Source: Candidatus Aceula lacicola | GTDB taxonomy: Bacteria > Omnitrophota > Gorgyraeia > Zapsychrales > Aceulaceae | Reading direction: 5' to 3' | Assembly: GCA_030765785.1 (NCBI GenBank) | Contig: JAVCCC010000044.1 | Coordinates: 1,417 to 65,416 of the forward strand | DNA length: 64,000 nt | Part shown: one piece after another, positions 50,401 through 59,475 of the stretch | Position numbering within the stretch: position 1 is the first letter of the stretch | Layout: each line of letters begins with the position of its first letter | Made by a program: the position numbers and the translations under genes | Notes under the pieces: model-generated | Told to the model about the DNA's origin: nothing | The model's input: the letters and a program-made list of their open reading frames with translations, nothing else | The model's database searches: none

Positions 50401-51127
50401 TTTTCGATCCCACAAGTTCCTGCGTTTGCTCAATTTCAGCCTGCTCAACAGAATCAATAATCTGAAAAACTCCCTCAAGATTAAAAACAACTTTCAAAAC
50501 ACCTAAGAACTTTCCATTGGCATCATTAATTCTCAAACAAAAATTAATAGCAGTCATGTTAGAGCTTTTATCAAAATTAACATCCTCCACAAAAATCCCT
50601 TTTTCTTTCGCCTGAATCCACCAATCTTCATCAGCCTGATAATAATCAGTGGTCTTACCCGTTTGCGCAACATTAATACCATATTGATTTGTAACAAAAG
50701 CCTCTCCAAAAACAGGATACCCATATTCACCCGAATAAAACGCCAATCGATTCTTAAGAATCTGTGCTAAAGGATTTTCCGAGAGATCTCGGACAAATGT
50801 TGGGACTTCGCCTTGTTCATTTTTTTTCCAAAATTCTTCGTGCTGCTCAATATATAAAAAGAGATTATCAATTCGAGAAAATTCTTGATTAGAGTCTTGA
50901 AGGCTTGTTTGAAGCTCTGGATTAAAAAGAATTTCACGAAATACTTGGATCTTATTAAAAATATCTCTGTCAATTTTGCCCAATGCTGTTCTGGTCAAAA
51001 CCACAGAGTTTCTTCCAATGTTTTTCTTAAGCGCCTTATAGCTTATGCTTGTTGCCACATACCCAGCAACCGCCATGAGAAAAACAACAACTAAAAAACC
51101 TAAGATTAACTTAATGCCTATTTTCAT
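47435..51127 (-). CDS. Sensor histidine kinase, Cache-HAMP-PAS-GAF-PAS-PAS-HisKA-HATPase
   Basis: TTDYYQADEDWW, HAMP DEFGELAEAFNRM, three PAS/PAC repeats ending DVTxRK, AHEVKNPL, GTGLGL. Confidence 0.93.
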   Translation of the reverse strand: MKIGIKLILGFLVVVFLMAVAGYVATSISYKALKKNIGRNSVVLTRTALGKIDRDIFNKIQVFREILFNPELQTSLQDSNQEFSRIDNLFLYIEQHEEFWKKNEQGEVPTFVRDLSENPLAQILKNRLAFYSGEYGYPVFGEAFVTNQYGINVAQTGKTTDYYQADEDWWIQAKEKGIFVEDVNFDKSSNMTAINFCLRINDANGKFLGVLKVVFNLEGVFQIIDSVEQAEIEQTQELVGSKIAIPDFQLFTRNGELIYPFKMHPVKTASVQGSFSFFEQFLHAQPRYFVVKEKDREVKLVSYSQSKGFGDYKGLGWLLVSSYQGNEVFSDVNRIKSIMLLVSLISMALSVLIGFLISNSISKELIKLKNAASEIGKGNLDTVIQIDVQDEFGELAEAFNRMTINLKDITASKNDLDCEVLNREKVEQALRREKDLTKQYLDVAGVMMVALDKEGNIVLINERGCEILGYKKEEIFGKNWFDLFLPHKSAGRIKEVHNRLIAGESELLRYYENSILTKRGEEKVILWSNSVLKGEDGKCIGILSSGEDVTDRRKNEKVISLQRDLGIMLSSRHSLKNAAEDFLHIMLQIEEFDCGGIYLIGRETKEPQMIIQKGFTEEFAATCENLNINMNKVQSVLEGRAVYGLHSEIASEMDEIRHNEGLRAMAIIPVEDRGEVVSVIFLASHFHKATSLLTRNAIEIIASRLGGVIARIQTEEDLVTSENRYRIMAEQTGQLVYDYDIISGKIYWLGAIEEVTGYTPEEYAHVGLAEWVQYIHPDDRAETVTALNEKMKDLQPYDIEYQLCKKDGKYIYIEEHGVFLVDEQGVANRMIGTMSDVTKRKGDEKALKKSEEKYRELVQSANSIILRMDEEGKISFVNDFAQKFFGYEENEILGKSVIGTIVPATDDSGQDLRRMIDDICSYSERYASNENQNMRKDGSRMWVAWTNKAIVVDSGIKEILCVGVDVTERKDAEQKLESMFLDLQKVHKRLKEAQQQLLQSEKMAAIGQLSAGVAHEVKNPLAIILLSVGALESTIRDLGGEGKKHLKMINDAAERANKVVVELLNFSRYSQLELSDVSLHQALNNVISLVGRTLKNKDVVFNTEFINKDVVVQADKILLEQVFFNLFGNAADAIESNGEIRVKTYVSEIAEENKKEVIIEVLDTGEGMTEEVQKKIFEPFYTTKEPGKGTGLGLSTAYMILERHGGKISVESEVGKGTKFFVTFPITSIG

Positions 51128-51129
51128 AA

Positions 51130-52107
51130 TTATGCGCTAAAATACGCTCCCAATAAAAAAACACCAACAGCCATTAAAAAAGAAAATAAACTTACCGCAA
51201 ATGCTTTCATTCCTTCTTTCGAGAATACATTTCTTAAGCTTGCATTTAACCCAATCGCCGCCATAGCAGTACTCCAAAATAACGTCAAAACAATTTTTAA
51301 TACTGGACGCAAAAACCCAACAGCTGGGAAAAAAGTAAAAATCAATCCACCCAATAAAAATCCCCATAGATACCAGGGAATATAAAACTTTCCTTTAGAA
51401 AAGCTCGCAAAAAGAGGAATTAAAAATAACAATCCTGCATACCGAATTGCCTTAACAGAAATCGCCAAAGACTTTATATGACTTGGAAAATCTCGAACAG
51501 CGACCTTTACAAATCCAGTAAACTGCAAAACGCTCCCAGAAAGAACACCATAGTTTACATCTGACATTTTGAGCCAAGCAGAAACTAGCGGCAAAACAAT
51601 AAATAATCCGATCATCCCTGATATAAAAATTGGGACCAGACTGACAGAAACTTCATCAGAATCAGCATCGATAGCCTTAGAGGCAATCACAATCGCAGAA
51701 GCACCGCAAATGGTGGAGCCAGTTGTCAAAAGATATCCCACTTTTTCCTTAAGCTTCAAAAGTGAAGATAAAAAAAGCGCCGTAATAATATAAATAATAA
51801 AGACGAACAAAATTAGAAAAATAAAATCAAACTCAATGGATGAAAATACTTTAAAATTTAAATTAACGCACCCATACAAAACGACTCCAATTGGAATCAA
51901 TAAGGCAGGGGCAGAATTGATGCTAGAAGAATATTGATTGGGAATACGAAAAAAAGAATTGATAAAAATACCTAACAACATAGCTATAAAAAGAGGATCA
52001 AGTAAAGGATTTGCGGTAATCTTTTGAAGTGCAAAAGCCACAAGTCCAATAATAAAAGCCAGAACAATACCGCATTTATTTTCCAGCGTTTTCTTTCGAT
52101 TTTCCAC
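51130..52107 (-). CDS. YeiH/putative sulfate exporter family membrane protein
   Basis: TGSTICGASAIV motif, about 10 TMs. Likely GTG start at 52107 with SD AGAGG (ORF track begins at 52176). Confidence 0.8.
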   Translation of the reverse strand: MENRKKTLENKCGIVLAFIIGLVAFALQKITANPLLDPLFIAMLLGIFINSFFRIPNQYSSSINSAPALLIPIGVVLYGCVNLNFKVFSSIEFDFIFLILFVFIIYIITALFLSSLLKLKEKVGYLLTTGSTICGASAIVIASKAIDADSDEVSVSLVPIFISGMIGLFIVLPLVSAWLKMSDVNYGVLSGSVLQFTGFVKVAVRDFPSHIKSLAISVKAIRYAGLLFLIPLFASFSKGKFYIPWYLWGFLLGGLIFTFFPAVGFLRPVLKIVLTLFWSTAMAAIGLNASLRNVFSKEGMKAFAVSLFSFLMAVGVFLLGAYFSA

Positions 52108-52200
52108 AGCATACCTCTTCTCTTTAAGTTCGACTTTAATATGCGAACTCATTATACCGCAAAAGCTTATAAACAAAAACGACTTTTTAAAATCCCGTTG

Positions 52201-52425
52201 CTATAGCCTTTCAAAGAGAATGAACTTTTCAGAGGCGCAAGACTGAGCGCAACTTGCACATGATGCTGATCGGCATTCAATACTTTTCTTTCGAATAACT
52301 CCTTTTTTAATCAAAATATCAAGCATTTTCTCCATAGCCGTTGGATCGACTTGAAAATGAATAGAGAGTTCTTCCAAAGATAAAATTTTTTGCTTTTCAA
52401 ATAGTTCTTTTATTTTAATAAGCAT
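52201..52425 (-). CDS. feoC: FeoC-like winged-helix protein
   Basis: 74 aa, C-x4-C-x2-C-x3-C, downstream of feoB. Confidence 0.85.
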   Translation of the reverse strand: MLIKIKELFEKQKILSLEELSIHFQVDPTAMEKMLDILIKKGVIRKKSIECRSASCASCAQSCASEKFILFERL

Positions 52426-52438
52426 ATTAATATTTATA

Positions 52439-54700
52439 TTAATTATTATTTTTTGACAAAATCCTTAAAAAAGTAAAAAATACAAAAAACATCACTCCAA
52501 CAAACGCAATCCACCCTAATGATTCTTCCGGATGCACAGAAAACCGAGCTACCTGATAAAACAAAACAGCTGCAGACCATCCCAGCAAGGAAGAATAAAA
52601 AATACTGAACAATGTCCACCTCAAATTTAGCTCAGCATAGATAGCAGCAACAGTTGCGATACAAGGCATATATAAAAGGATCATCAAGAGATATGCAAAC
52701 GCTCCAGCTTTTCCATCAAAATTATTAACCAAAGAAGATCGAAAATCTTCTGATGCATCATACCCTTTGGCATCGCCTTTTTTTTCTTTAACAAAAACCG
52801 GAAGATTTAATTGTCTTATATTCTCTGAAATAGATAAGAATGCCTGCTTTATATTCGACCCAAAATTAAAATCTTCATCGAGGCCTTCTCTGCTTTCAGT
52901 CTTCCTATACAATGAATCCAATGTGCCAATAACAGACTCTTTAGCAAAAACTCCAGTAAAAGTTCCAACAACAGCCGGCCAATTAGCTTCCCTTATCCCC
53001 ATTGGTTTAAAAATTGGAAGCGCAAATTGTCCAACCTGTTTTAAAATAGAATCTTTTTGTTGCCCTTTTGAATTTAATCCACCTCCAAGAGCATACAAAA
53101 GATTTAAAATAACCACAACAAAGAGAATGACTTTTCCTGCTTTTAGGATAAATCCTTTGAGCCTCTCCCATGTGTGAACCAAAATTCCTTTTAAGGTCGG
53201 TTTATGATACGGAGGGAGCTCCATGATAAAGGTTGAAGGCTCTCCTTTCAAAACAGTATTTTTAAGCAAAAATGCCGTCATAACCGCGCAAAGGATTCCA
53301 ATCATATATAAAGCAAAAATAACCAAGCCTCCATTGGAAGGAAAAAAAGCGGCGGCAAACACAGCATACACGGGAAGCCTGGCTCCACAGGATATAAAAG
53401 GATTAATCACAATGGCTAACGTGCGATCACGAACACTTTCCAGTGTTCTCGTCGACATAATCGCGGGTACATTACACCCAAAGCCCATCAACATTGAAAC
53501 AAATGCTTTTCCTGGAAGCCCTACAGCACGCATCGCTGAATCCATGACAAAAGCAGCTCGCGCCATATATCCCGAGTCTTCTAAAATTGCTAAACAAAAA
53601 AACATAAAAAATATCGTTGGGATAAACGTTGAGACAGTTTGAATCCCTCCTCCTACTCCATCAGCTAAAAATATCTTAACGATCTCTGGCACATGCATAA
53701 ACGTCAAGACAGCTCGGAATCCATCAACAAAAATCGTGCCAGACAAAGAATTAAAAAAATCAATAAAACATCCTCCAAAGCTAATCGTAATCCAGAACGT
53801 TAAATACATAGCTAAAAGAAAAATAGGAATACCTAAATATCGATTAAGAACAAACTTGTCGATCAAATCAGAAATATCTTTTTTAGCCAATCTTTTTTTA
53901 TTAATAACCTTCTTACATACAGAATTAATAAATCCATATCGGCTATCCGCAATAATAACATCTGCGTCTTCTCCTAGGATTTCCTTAGATCTTTGCTTCA
54001 CGCGATCAAGGATATCCGTCAAAGAATTCTTGCCACGTATCTCTTTTAAAAAATCTTCTTCCTCTAAAAGCCTGATAGCCACCCATCGAATATTATTAAA
54101 ATCTTTTTGAACATCCAAAGTATTCTTGAGCTGCGATGCAATCTCCGAAATGCCTTGCTCAATCTCATCTGGAAAATAAATATTTGCTCTAGAAATTATT
54201 TTCTTGTTTAGAGCCTCTTCAATTAAGTCTTTTACATCATCAATACCTTGATTTTTACTTGCAACAGTACAGGCAATCGGCATATCTAAGTCTCTTGAAA
54301 GCTCTTCAATTTTGATGCGAATTCCGAGATCCTTCACAATATCCATCTTATTTAAAATGACAACGCATGGAACCTGCATCTCAATAAGCTGAGTTGTGAG
54401 ATATAAATTGCGCTCAAGACTTGACGCATCAACAATGTTAATCACCAAATCTGGCTTTTGGGTAAAAATATTTTCTCTAGCAATCTTCTCGTCTAGAGAA
54501 GATGCTGATAAAGAATAAATTCCAGGAAGGTCGACGACCCGGACAGATCTCCCTTGATGCGTATAGTTTCCTTCTTCGCGCGAAACCGTAACGCCTGGCC
54601 AATTGCCAACTTCTAGACGAGACTTTGTTAGACTATTAAATAATGAAGTTTTGCCGCAATTTGGATTTCCAACCACAGCAACAGTTAATTTTTTCTGCAT
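52439..54700 (-). CDS. feoB: Ferrous iron transporter B
   Basis: GNPNCGKT, NWPGVT, DLPGIYSL, NKMD, LEDSGYMAR, GFGCNVP, MELPPY. Confidence 0.97.
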   Translation of the reverse strand: MQKKLTVAVVGNPNCGKTSLFNSLTKSRLEVGNWPGVTVSREEGNYTHQGRSVRVVDLPGIYSLSASSLDEKIARENIFTQKPDLVINIVDASSLERNLYLTTQLIEMQVPCVVILNKMDIVKDLGIRIKIEELSRDLDMPIACTVASKNQGIDDVKDLIEEALNKKIISRANIYFPDEIEQGISEIASQLKNTLDVQKDFNNIRWVAIRLLEEEDFLKEIRGKNSLTDILDRVKQRSKEILGEDADVIIADSRYGFINSVCKKVINKKRLAKKDISDLIDKFVLNRYLGIPIFLLAMYLTFWITISFGGCFIDFFNSLSGTIFVDGFRAVLTFMHVPEIVKIFLADGVGGGIQTVSTFIPTIFFMFFCLAILEDSGYMARAAFVMDSAMRAVGLPGKAFVSMLMGFGCNVPAIMSTRTLESVRDRTLAIVINPFISCGARLPVYAVFAAAFFPSNGGLVIFALYMIGILCAVMTAFLLKNTVLKGEPSTFIMELPPYHKPTLKGILVHTWERLKGFILKAGKVILFVVVILNLLYALGGGLNSKGQQKDSILKQVGQFALPIFKPMGIREANWPAVVGTFTGVFAKESVIGTLDSLYRKTESREGLDEDFNFGSNIKQAFLSISENIRQLNLPVFVKEKKGDAKGYDASEDFRSSLVNNFDGKAGAFAYLLMILLYMPCIATVAAIYAELNLRWTLFSIFYSSLLGWSAAVLFYQVARFSVHPEESLGWIAFVGVMFFVFFTFLRILSKNNN

Positions 54701-54704
54701 ATTT

Positions 54705-55397
54705 TTAAGGTTTATGAACTAAGATTTGTTTTGCTTCGCCACGACCAATGGCAATGCGTGCATCTTTAAGCTCTAAAACAATTGGACCAAAATGAGAATT
54801 TTTAACAATTTTAAAATCTCCGCTAGGGACAAGGCCCAAGTCCGTTAGACGCTTACGAAGGCTTGCGCCTCCATCTATTCTTGCTAACCGAACAATTTGG
54901 TTTTCGGAAACAAGCGTAACAGGAATAACTTCGTTGGATGTTTGTTGGCATTGCTCGCAAATGCCATAAACTTCTAGCTTATGGAATAGCGGTCGACACC
55001 CTTTTTGAAAAATCAAAGAATTCTGAAGCGATTCAAGCTGATCACTTGTAAACTCCATAACTTTCTTACATTTTACACAAACGAAATGATCATGATGATT
55101 CTCAGGATGCAAATGTTCATAACGCTTAAAATCTTCTCCTTCGAATTGAAGCTCAGAAGCAAACCCAATCTCAGAAAACAGCTTTAATGACTTTTCAGTG
55201 TCTGCCTTACTTACATTAATTCCTTTGCCTTGAAGAATTTGGTAAAAATCATCGACTGATATATGTTTTTCACAGGTAGAAAATTCTTGTACAATGCCAG
55301 GGCAAATGCTTTTATCAATACGCCCTTTTTTGTGCAAAAGATCACAAAGATGATCCTGAACCTCTTTTGAAATAATATAAAAATCTCCGTATAGCAT
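54705..55397 (-). CDS. Fur-like domain fused to FeoA
   Basis: HHDHFVCVKC and GICEQC (Fur), followed by RLTDLGL...GPIVL...AIGRGEA (FeoA). Confidence 0.88.
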   Translation of the reverse strand: MLYGDFYIISKEVQDHLCDLLHKKGRIDKSICPGIVQEFSTCEKHISVDDFYQILQGKGINVSKADTEKSLKLFSEIGFASELQFEGEDFKRYEHLHPENHHDHFVCVKCKKVMEFTSDQLESLQNSLIFQKGCRPLFHKLEVYGICEQCQQTSNEVIPVTLVSENQIVRLARIDGGASLRKRLTDLGLVPSGDFKIVKNSHFGPIVLELKDARIAIGRGEAKQILVHKP

Positions 55398-55399
55398 AA

Positions 55400-55879
55400 T
55401 TATCCTCTTGTCCTTCTTTTAAAACTTTGATTATTTTTACAATATTGACGAAAATCAGAGAGCCATTTAGCATGGCGACCTTCGTCAATAAATTTTAGAA
55501 ATTTTGATAATTTTTCAAACGTATGTGAACCAATCGCATGCTCAATTTTACATGCATCTTGTGAAGCATTTTTCTTATCAACCCCTAAAATTTCATTGAT
55601 AAAACGGATAAGCGTTTTATGCCTTTTGTAAATAAACTTTGCTTGTCTTTTTCCTTGCCCTGTCAACTGCACATCGCCATAACGCTCGTGAACCACATAG
55701 CCGTTTTCTGAAAGAAACCTTAAAGCGCTTGTTGTGCTTGATGTTTTGACATTCATCAGCTGACTTAAATCACGCACACGGACAATACCTTTTGTTTCTT
55801 TAAGCACAAGAATACATTCAAGATAATCTTCCATGCTTGAGCTTAATATATTTTCTCGTCTTTCTTTAACTTCAATCAT
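55400..55879 (-). CDS. DtxR/MntR-family metal-dependent regulator
   Basis: SMEDYL, LTGQG, RH, DACKIEH. Confidence 0.93.
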   Translation of the reverse strand: MIEVKERRENILSSSMEDYLECILVLKETKGIVRVRDLSQLMNVKTSSTTSALRFLSENGYVVHERYGDVQLTGQGKRQAKFIYKRHKTLIRFINEILGVDKKNASQDACKIEHAIGSHTFEKLSKFLKFIDEGRHAKWLSDFRQYCKNNQSFKRRTRG

Positions 55880-55904
55880 AATCTATTCTAATCTCTCCTT
55901 AAAA

Positions 55905-55942
55905 TGTTAGACAAGTCTAACAAATTAAACATAAAATGTCAA
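55905..55942 (-). promoter_or_regulatory. feo operon promoter with a palindromic DtxR-type operator
   Basis: TGTTAGAC-aa-GTCTAACA (55905-55922) covers the -10 TAGACT; TTGACA at 55942-55937; 17-bp spacer. Confidence 0.85.
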
Positions 55943-56034
55943 GTTTTTAAGAAATCCTAAATTTAACTATTGTGTTATAAAGAAAATATGTTACAATTTC
56001 ATTTAGTAAAGCATTTTAAGGAAAGGATGTTGCA

Positions 56035-56205
56035 ATGGCTCACAAAATTACAGAAAAATGTACTGCATGCGGAACATGTGTTCCAGAATGTCCAGTAGAA
56101 GCGATCAACGTTGGCGATCCTATCTACACAATTGATGCTGAAAAATGCATCGACTGCGGCGCTTGCGTAAGCGTATGTCCTACCGAAGCGATTGTCGCTG
56201 AATAA
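56035..56205 (+). CDS. 2[4Fe-4S] ferredoxin, 56 aa (not in the ORF track)
   Basis: MAHKITEKCTACGTCVPECPVEAI...CIDCGACVSVCPTEAIVAE; SD AAGGA; terminator follows. Confidence 0.96.
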   Translation: MAHKITEKCTACGTCVPECPVEAINVGDPIYTIDAEKCIDCGACVSVCPTEAIVAE

Positions 56206-56213
56206 ATTTTTTT

Positions 56214-56255
56214 AAAAAGGGCTAGCTTCTAATAAAGAAACTAGCCCTTTTTTTA
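56214..56255. terminator. Bidirectional intrinsic terminator
   Basis: AAAAAGGGCTAG...CTAGCCCTTTTTTT between the convergent ferredoxin and PIN-PhoH genes. Confidence 0.88.
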
Positions 56256-56278
56256 TTTCTTTCCCCAAAAAATCTTAT

Positions 56279-57598
56279 CTACAATTCATCCACAGCCAAC
56301 GAAGCTAACTCTGATCGCTCACTTTTTGTTAAAAATGAATGGCCGAAAATTTTATGCTTCTTTAAGCGTTCAACAGCATAGGAAAGTCCATTGGAATTTG
56401 CATCCAAATAAGGATTGTCAATCTGATCCGGATCACCAGTCAAAACAATCTTTGTTCCTTCACCCGCACGAGAAACAATCGTTTTAATTTCATGTGGTGT
56501 TAAATTCTGCGCCTCATCCACAATCAAGAATTGATCTGGAATGCTGCGTCCTCGAATATATGTCAACGCTTCGACTTCAATGAGATCTGATTGCATCAGA
56601 TGATCAACCGTTAGCTCACTCGTTGCCACACCTTCAATTTTCGATATCACAGAACGCTTTAAAATAAATTCTAGATTATCATAAATAGGCTGCATCCAAT
56701 ATGTCAGCTTCTTTTCTTTGCTTCCAGGCAAATATCCAATATCCTTACCCAAAGGAATAATCGGACGTGCCACTAAAAGACGCTCATACAAAGAAGATTT
56801 ATCTATAACCATAGAAAGCCCGCATGCAATCGCCATCAACGTCTTTCCTGTTCCTGCCTGCCCAACCAATGTAACCAACTTAACATCATCATTTAAAAGA
56901 AGGTCGAAAGCAAAGCTCTGCTCCATATTGAGAGGACGAATCCCCATGGCAGAGAATTCCTTTTTAATCGGAGTCAATGCGTTTTCTGCACTATCATATC
57001 GGCAAATAGCTGAAGAAGACGGATCTTCTTTAGCCCTTGCAAAAACATGCTCATTTTCGAATAAAGTATACCCTTTAACCTCAAGACTATCTTGCGTATA
57101 AAGCTGATTAATTTCCTCTTTTGAGACTTCAATTTCACGCCACCCTTTATACAAATGAGAATATTCAACTTTTTGTTTTTCATAATCTGCAGATTTAATT
57201 CCTAAGGCCTCTGCTTTAATGCGAGCATTAATGTCTTTAGAAATAAAAAAAACATCTTGTTTCTTATTCTGAAGGTCCCATGCAACCGCTAGAATTTTAT
57301 TATCATTTAATCTTGCGTCAATATCTGGAAGTTCGACGTCTTTTGGACCAAACGAAAGAATCAGCGTTCCTCCATTTGACATCTTCGCCCCTTTTTTAAG
57401 GGCTCCTTTCTTAATCAAGCCATCAATTTCTCTTAAAACTTCTCGAGCATGCATTCCTTTTTTATCAGGACTTGTCTTAAACTCATCCAACTCCTCAATA
57501 ACAATCACTGGAATAATAACATTATTATCCGCAAACGAATAAATAGAATGCGGATTATGAATTAAAACATTAGTATCTAAAACAAAATTCTTTTTCAT
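56279..57598 (-). CDS. PIN-PhoH (PhoH2/YlaK-like) protein
   Basis: VLDTNVL PIN domain; GQAGTGKT, GYLPG, YIRGRS, DEAQN, GDPDQID. Confidence 0.93.
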   Translation of the reverse strand: MKKNFVLDTNVLIHNPHSIYSFADNNVIIPVIVIEELDEFKTSPDKKGMHAREVLREIDGLIKKGALKKGAKMSNGGTLILSFGPKDVELPDIDARLNDNKILAVAWDLQNKKQDVFFISKDINARIKAEALGIKSADYEKQKVEYSHLYKGWREIEVSKEEINQLYTQDSLEVKGYTLFENEHVFARAKEDPSSSAICRYDSAENALTPIKKEFSAMGIRPLNMEQSFAFDLLLNDDVKLVTLVGQAGTGKTLMAIACGLSMVIDKSSLYERLLVARPIIPLGKDIGYLPGSKEKKLTYWMQPIYDNLEFILKRSVISKIEGVATSELTVDHLMQSDLIEVEALTYIRGRSIPDQFLIVDEAQNLTPHEIKTIVSRAGEGTKIVLTGDPDQIDNPYLDANSNGLSYAVERLKKHKIFGHSFLTKSERSELASLAVDEL

Positions 57599-57623
57599 TT
57601 AGACCCCTTAGCTCCTTTGAGTT

Positions 57624-59372
57624 TTATTTTGGATTTATTAAAACAGCGCCTGTATCCGCACTTGTAACAAACGCAGCATATCTTTTAAGCCAGCCCCCTT
57701 GAACCTTAGTCTTAAACGGCTGCAGCTTAGCTAAGCGTCTTTTAATTTCAGCACTAGACAACTTTACATGTAATTTATTTTTATGCGCATCAATCTCAAT
57801 AATATCTCCGTTTTTCAAAATCGCAATCTCACCAGCTGCAGCGGCTTCAGGAGAAACATGGCCAATACAAAGCCCTCTTGTTCCACCCGAGAATCGTCCA
57901 TCTGTAATCAAAGCAGCTCTTATTCCTGCGCCCTTCATAGCAGATGTCGGCGAAAGCATTTCTTGCATACCAGGCCCACCCTTTGGTCCTTCATAGCGAA
58001 TAACAACAACATCTCCATCTTTAACCTGTCCTTTAAGAATCCCTTTTAAAGCATCCTCTTGAGACTCATAAATACGTGCTGGACCACAAAATTCAAACAT
58101 ATCTTTATCTACACCACTTGTTTTTACAACAGAACCTTTGCGAGCGATATTACCAAATAAAATCGCCAAGCCTCCTTCTTTTGAAAAAGCATTCTTAACA
58201 GATTTCAGAATTTTTCCATCTGGTGCTGGAGATTTCTTAACATAGCTTCCAAGGGTTCCATAAACCGTTTTTGCATCAAGTTTTAGCGGTGCCTTGCTTC
58301 CTTTGTAAATTGATCTTAAGATCGCGCCCATGCCGCCGATACGATGCACATCTTGAATATGAACATCCATTCTCGATGGAGAAATCTTAATAACGTTCGG
58401 CGTTACCTTAGAAAGTTGATTGATGCGTTTTAAATCATATTTAATGCCAGCCTCGTGCGCCAAAGCCAAAACATGCAACACAGTATTAGTAGATCCACCC
58501 ATGGCCATATCAAGAATAAAAGCATTATCAATCGAATGCTTTTTCAAAATATCCAAAGGTCGTATTTTCTTCTTTAATAAATACAAAAGTTGGCTTGAAG
58601 ATTTTTTAACAAGCTCAATTCTTTTTGGATTTATTTTATATTGATTTTTCTTACCCTTTACAGGAACCATTGCTGTAATAGTTCCGTTTCCAGGAAGCGC
58701 AAAACCTAAAGCTTCACCCAAGCAGTTCATTGAATTTGCCGTAAACATACCCGAACAACTTCCAAAACTTGGACAAGCGCAAGATGTTAAGCTCTCCAAA
58801 GCCTTTTTGCTCATTTTTCCAGCGCTATGTTGACCAACGCCTTCAAAAACAGAAATAAGATCCGTACAACGCGAGCCAGCTAGCATAGGCCCTCCGCTAA
58901 CATAAATTGCAGGAATATTTATTCGAACCATAGAGTTGTACATCGCGGGAACAATTTTGTCACAATTGCCAATACCGATCCAAGCATCGCATGGATGAGC
59001 CCCAATAATCGTTTCAATTTGATCCGCGATAAGCTCTCGAGAAGCTAAAGAATATTTCATGCCAAAATGCCCCATCGCGATTCCATCACAAATAGCCCCG
59101 CCAATGTTAGTGTACCAAACATTCACGCCTTGACTTTCCAGTTCCTTTTTAACAATCACACCTAATTGATCCAAATGGGCATGTCCTGGAATCTGAGTTG
59201 TATAAGAATTGATGATTGTGACAAACGGCTTCTTTAAATCTTTAACAGATTTCAAAACACCCTCTGCCATCATCAACGATACGCTTGGAAGCATATGAGG
59301 TCCTGCACGAAAAACATTACTTCCATTCTTGCGAACACTTTCAATTCCCTCATTAATAGCTCTTTTTGACAT
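57624..59372 (-). CDS. ilvD: Dihydroxy-acid dehydratase
   Basis: CDGIAMGH, NCDKIVP, CSGMFTANSMNC, MGGSTN, YEGPKGGPGMQEM, TDGRFSG. Confidence 0.95.
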   Translation of the reverse strand: MSKRAINEGIESVRKNGSNVFRAGPHMLPSVSLMMAEGVLKSVKDLKKPFVTIINSYTTQIPGHAHLDQLGVIVKKELESQGVNVWYTNIGGAICDGIAMGHFGMKYSLASRELIADQIETIIGAHPCDAWIGIGNCDKIVPAMYNSMVRINIPAIYVSGGPMLAGSRCTDLISVFEGVGQHSAGKMSKKALESLTSCACPSFGSCSGMFTANSMNCLGEALGFALPGNGTITAMVPVKGKKNQYKINPKRIELVKKSSSQLLYLLKKKIRPLDILKKHSIDNAFILDMAMGGSTNTVLHVLALAHEAGIKYDLKRINQLSKVTPNVIKISPSRMDVHIQDVHRIGGMGAILRSIYKGSKAPLKLDAKTVYGTLGSYVKKSPAPDGKILKSVKNAFSKEGGLAILFGNIARKGSVVKTSGVDKDMFEFCGPARIYESQEDALKGILKGQVKDGDVVVIRYEGPKGGPGMQEMLSPTSAMKGAGIRAALITDGRFSGGTRGLCIGHVSPEAAAAGEIAILKNGDIIEIDAHKNKLHVKLSSAEIKRRLAKLQPFKTKVQGGWLKRYAAFVTSADTGAVLINPK

Positions 59373-59475
59373 TACATCCTCCTACATATTTGGTTTTACG
59401 AATTGAACTCTATTTTAACCTTGATTTTGACTCTAAACAAGATAAAACCTGTTGTTTTAAAAACGTGAGAAGGTT

